Below, piece by piece: positions 59,923-64,000 of a stretch of 64,000 bases of DNA. The notes under the pieces were generated by a model. The model worked only from the letters and a program-made list of their open reading frames with translations, was not told where the DNA came from and did not search any database. The first letter of the stretch is position 1; every line of letters begins with the position of its first letter. Both the position numbers and the translations under genes were made by a program. This DNA is from Klebsormidium nitens (Eukaryota > Plantae > Klebsormidiophyceae): positions 1 to 64,000 of the forward strand of contig DF237125.1 of the NCBI GenBank assembly GCA_000708835.1, in the 5' to 3' direction.

Positions 59923-62900
59923 CTAGGCCAACTTAGCCATCCAGTCCAGTAGCGCTTTATTCGTCTCGGCGGGCGACTCGTCGTGCGGGCAGTGCCCGCT
60001 TTGCAAGCTCACTCTATCCGCTTTCGGATACAACTCCTGGATCCGGGCCGCTTTGCTCGGACCCATCCACGGGTCTAGGTCGCCCCACAATAACAGAAGC
60101 GGCATGCTTAACCGGGTTAGGAGCTTGTCTATGGTCGTTGACCCCGGACCGAGCATAACTTGCGTCACCAATCTGCATCAACAAGAGCAGTCTCAACAAA
60201 GGTATTCGAGCACGGAACAGGGAAAGTGACGGAAGATTTTGATAGAGGTCTTGAAGGCGTGAACAACCCTTCGAAGACTTTGCTCAAATAGCCGTTCACC
60301 CAGCGCAATATCCCCGGTTCGAAACTGATGCTTAGACCGTAAGACTGTCGTCGACTGCCGTGTACGGAGGAGACTCGCAAGAGGACTTTCAAAAGAGCAC
60401 AACATAAGAGCACAACATAAGCGGCAAGAACAACTCTGTAAACATACTTTTTGTTTGTTGAAGCGCTTCACTTAAAAGCACATCTGACGGCATCGACGAA
60501 ACGCTACAACCCGCTACAACCTTTGATTCAGGAATATATTTCAGATACTTGCCCTCTACGAACCCAGAATCCCCTTATCTTCCAGCGCAGACGGATTGGT
60601 CTTCAAACAACTCTCCCCTACGGATCCAATACTTCGTGCGCTCCTCAAGTGACACAAAACTCTACGACCGCTGCAAAGTAAATGTAACTCTCGCTTCCAA
60701 GAATCAGTGTTAAGCAACAGGTTAGAATTACTCTCGCTTCCAAAAATCAATGTTAAGCAATAGGTGCGAACTGCGCACCTGTAGTAGACCTCCGCGGCGT
60801 TCGGACCGTATGCAGGCTGGGTAATGGAGTCGACCAAGTAATCGTCTACGTTTGTCTTATCAATGTACACCTGTAAATACCATGAACATGAATGAGCTGT
60901 GGCCAATCCAGAACCTGTTCCGCTCATGAGTTAACTGGATCGCTACGTATGGTGTTTCAGAGCAAACCATTTTCGAGAATCAGCTCCTTGCTGCACTTTA
61001 ACAGAGAAGAATATGATACGGACGAGAGTGAACGTCTTTCAAACACATGAGGATATTCTGCACGATATCCACTGCAGACCCAGAGAATTCCTTCACATTT
61101 CAAAGGAGCAACGTAAGCCACCAGAGTCGAACGGCAACGTCGTAACAGGTCCAGCAAAGCACACTTTTTTTTTGGGAAACTTTGAACGAAGGCCTCACCG
61201 GTGCAGCAGGACAAACTTTCTCTGGGACAAACTTAGCAGCCGCCGAATTCGACCAGAGCTAACGACGAAAAGCCCGTACCTGCCGCAACACGCTTCTTAC
61301 ACGCGTCGGGAGGCGCGCCTGCTTAAACGCGGAGGGCAACATTTCCCTGCTGCTCTCCAGTCCTACGATTCTTAAACCTTCTCGAAATCTTGACTACACT
61401 ACCCCCCTAGCAGCGCTGAAGACAATCAGAACGAACCGAAACCAGCGTACCTGTTGCAACACGCTTTTCACGCGCGTCGGGAGGCGCGCCTGGTAAAACG
61501 CGAAGAGCAGCATCCCGCGCTGAGCGGCCTGTTTCACAGGAGCCGTCAGCCGATCCATCATCGTCTCCGGCTGCTGCGCGGACGCAAGATCGTCGACGTC
61601 CGCTTCGTCCAACTGCGGACAGAGAATTAATAAAATCTAACGATTGAGATAAAACAAATGATGACGGTCTCAATCAGGAAGAATAAGAGCCAGGAAAAAG
61701 AAGCTCCCGGAAAAAAGTAGAACCCTAACCCGACGAGTGACCCGCTCCGCACCCGTACCCACCTCTACACCCCGACCCTTAACCCAACCGTCCGCGGTTG
61801 GCGAGCTGCTTTCCCTGCCGCTTGATAACATGATTTAGGTCCTCAAAGGCATTCACTTTATGGAAAGTTTGTTGATACGGGTAACTTTTGGATTATTCCA
61901 TCGATCAAAATCGGCGAGACCCGTGCACGAAAGCAGGAACCCGGTATGCGCTCAACACCCGCAACAACACTGCCGGCCTCAACAGTAACCTCAGCCGACA
62001 TCAGGCGCCCCTCGCGCTACTCACTTCTCAGAGATTCATACTCATTTTCTTGCCGATCTGAGACAGGATTGAAACACTGCCAAACTCTTTGAGAATTTTA
62101 CGGCCAGGCCCTATATTGAAAAGAGTCAAGGGTTTAAGAGTCGCGTGGATCCAAAGACGTACGTCAACTTCGTCGGACGGAAGGAGTATCTGCATTGAAC
62201 TTAGGAAAAACTTTCGTGATTGCAATGTCCTGACAAGCTCTCTGCGCCGTTCAGAAACTGAAGATCAAGTCTCAAGCGCCGCCGCTCTACTACGCAAGTC
62301 TGACCACCCCAAGTAATTCACAGCGGCACGACTATATACGGAAAATTCTACAAACTAAGGTTTTCGTGCAATCACTGATCAAAAACATCCGGGCACACGC
62401 TCCAGATTCCTGTGCTGGTTTTGGGCTCTTTTCCCTGGCAACAACAAAAGGAAGGTTCGACGTCGTCGCAAAACAGCAAAAGAAGGGGCGCTTTTTTAGG
62501 GACACCGCCACCTCACAAAAATGACGTCACGCACCTCCTGGGCGACCTCGCTTCCGGCAACAACGGGCGGCTTCTCGTCCTTGTCAGCGAATTTGCCGGC
62601 CACGTTCAGGAGGACGAGCCCCTTAACCAGTTCCGGGTTCTTGGCCGCGGTCGACAGAACGGTGAAGCCTCCGATACTGCAGCCACGTGGCATGTATTCT
62701 CGCCCTGATTTTTGCGCTGCTTGACTTACGGATGTTCGGCTTGACTCACGAATGTTCAGGGAACGAGCTGTTGCGCGCACACAGGAGTCAAGTTTCTAAC
62801 AACCGAGATGTACGGCTACTGACCGCTTGAGAGTGAGAGACTGATTGCTTTCAGATTAACTAGAAGCTTTCATAGTGCTCAGAGATTCGTGCTGACCTGT

Positions 62901-64000
62901 TTCAAATGTCGCCAGCAAAAACCGCGACTAGCGAGGGGGGGGCAAACAGAACAGAGAATCCAGTTGCGCTTTGATTAATCGAAGAACGTCAGGTGCCGCG
63001 TAACCTGCTTCTTCTTTCCTGACGACTCTATCTGTTTCCAACGAAGTCGCTTAGTCAGCCAAACGGATAATACGCACTTCACGAAAAGACAACGAACTAA
63101 CCCACCCCGAGGGTCCTGTCCAACTCAATAACACTGAAAAGCAGAAGAGAAGAAGAGTTGAAAATCTGAGTGAGAAGAACGTGCCCCAAGAAGGTACCTG
63201 TTTCCAGCCAAGACAACCGGCCCCCCGCCCGCCTTTTCCCTGATGAAGTCCGCAACTTGATCCCGCCATAGCGCGGCGTTGTAATCAACCAGCGCCTTGT
63301 CGCTCCAGCCGAAACCCAGTAGGTCGAGTGCATAAACCTTGTGCTTTTTGGCTAGCTCGGGGATGTTGTACCTGCAGAATCGGACCGGATTCCACTCAGA
63401 TTGCGGCTTATGATGGTTCAAAATGAACAGTTCCCCTTCAGATCGCAGCTTACAATGGTTCGACTTAGACATTCGACATGGTGGTTTCGCCAGACTGTAA
63501 TACGCACAAAAGATAAGATGAAAAAAGTCGGAGCGACATGTGAACTTGGTTTATAAAAGGGGCGCGCCCGTTGCAAACTCCATCTTTTGCAACGAACAGC
63601 CAAGCGACCGTACAACCAGACAAGCATCTTTACACTCGTTACTCCAACGACTAAGCATTGGTCAAACAGGATAAGAGCAAACAGGGTTCAGGCGTGCGGG
63701 TCAAGACCAAACCCTGTCTTAAAACTCCCTAGGGAGACCCGTCGCCTCCTCCCCGGCTTTCCACAAGGCGCCGAAATACCTCGACCGCAGAACCTGCTTC
63801 CATACGAAGCCAACCTTTGCAACATGGCAAAAATTGCTACTGATACAAAACAATACCTCCAAACCCTAGAACCCTAAAAACCTAAAACCCTAAAACCCTA
63901 AAACCCTAAAACCCTAAACCCTAAAACCCTAAAACCTCCGAACTAATGTCCACAGCCTTTCATGTCAAACCTATGGGCTCACCTCCAATGGAACGCGCTC
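59923..64000 (-). CDS. Alpha/beta-fold hydrolase (plant pheophytinase-like/abhydrolase family), 5' end outside the window
   Basis: Exons >64000-63983 (SAFHWR), 63371-63198 (YNIPELAKKHKVYALDLLGFGWSDK), 62676-62535, 61612-61451, 60870-60779, 60172-59923. Catalytic triad motifs GNSIG, WGDLDPW and GHCPHDE. Confidence 0.9.
63861..63937. repeat. Interstitial telomere-like tract (CCCTAAAA)n / (TTTTAGGG)n in a hydrolase intron
   Basis: About 9-10 imperfect units, mostly CCCTAAAA, some CCCTAAA. A coding exon of the same gene follows at 63983. Confidence 0.85.

Noticed and set aside
63861-64000. Chromosome end
   Set aside because: A phase-matched hydrolase exon (SAFHWR) lies beyond the tract at 63983-64000, so the repeat is interstitial.

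Overview
Eukaryotic genomic DNA with spliceosomal introns. Plastid-type MurF, plant-type extracellular LRRs and (TTTTAGGG)n repeats suggest a streptophyte green alga, possibly Klebsormidium-like (inference). All gene models were built by hand from splice signals, phase continuity and protein motifs. In order, the window holds: a TTAA-flanked piggyBac-like MITE; a secreted 24-aa-LRR protein with a terminal hydrophobic tail; a 13-exon, 15.4-kb MurF gene; a SAE1 pseudogene; an intronless SEL1-repeat/patatin fusion; an intact 6-exon SAE1 gene; an array of about 7 two-exon F-box genes or fragments sharing a C-terminal domain I do not recognise; a ~1017-aa protein joining ~20 atypical 26-aa LRRs to an XK/Xkr-scramblase-like membrane domain; and the 3' part of an alpha/beta hydrolase with a telomere-like tract in an intron. 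The most striking observations are the LRR-XK-like receptor, the F-box family, and repeated 140-205 bp tandem duplications that straddle splice sites in three unrelated genes.
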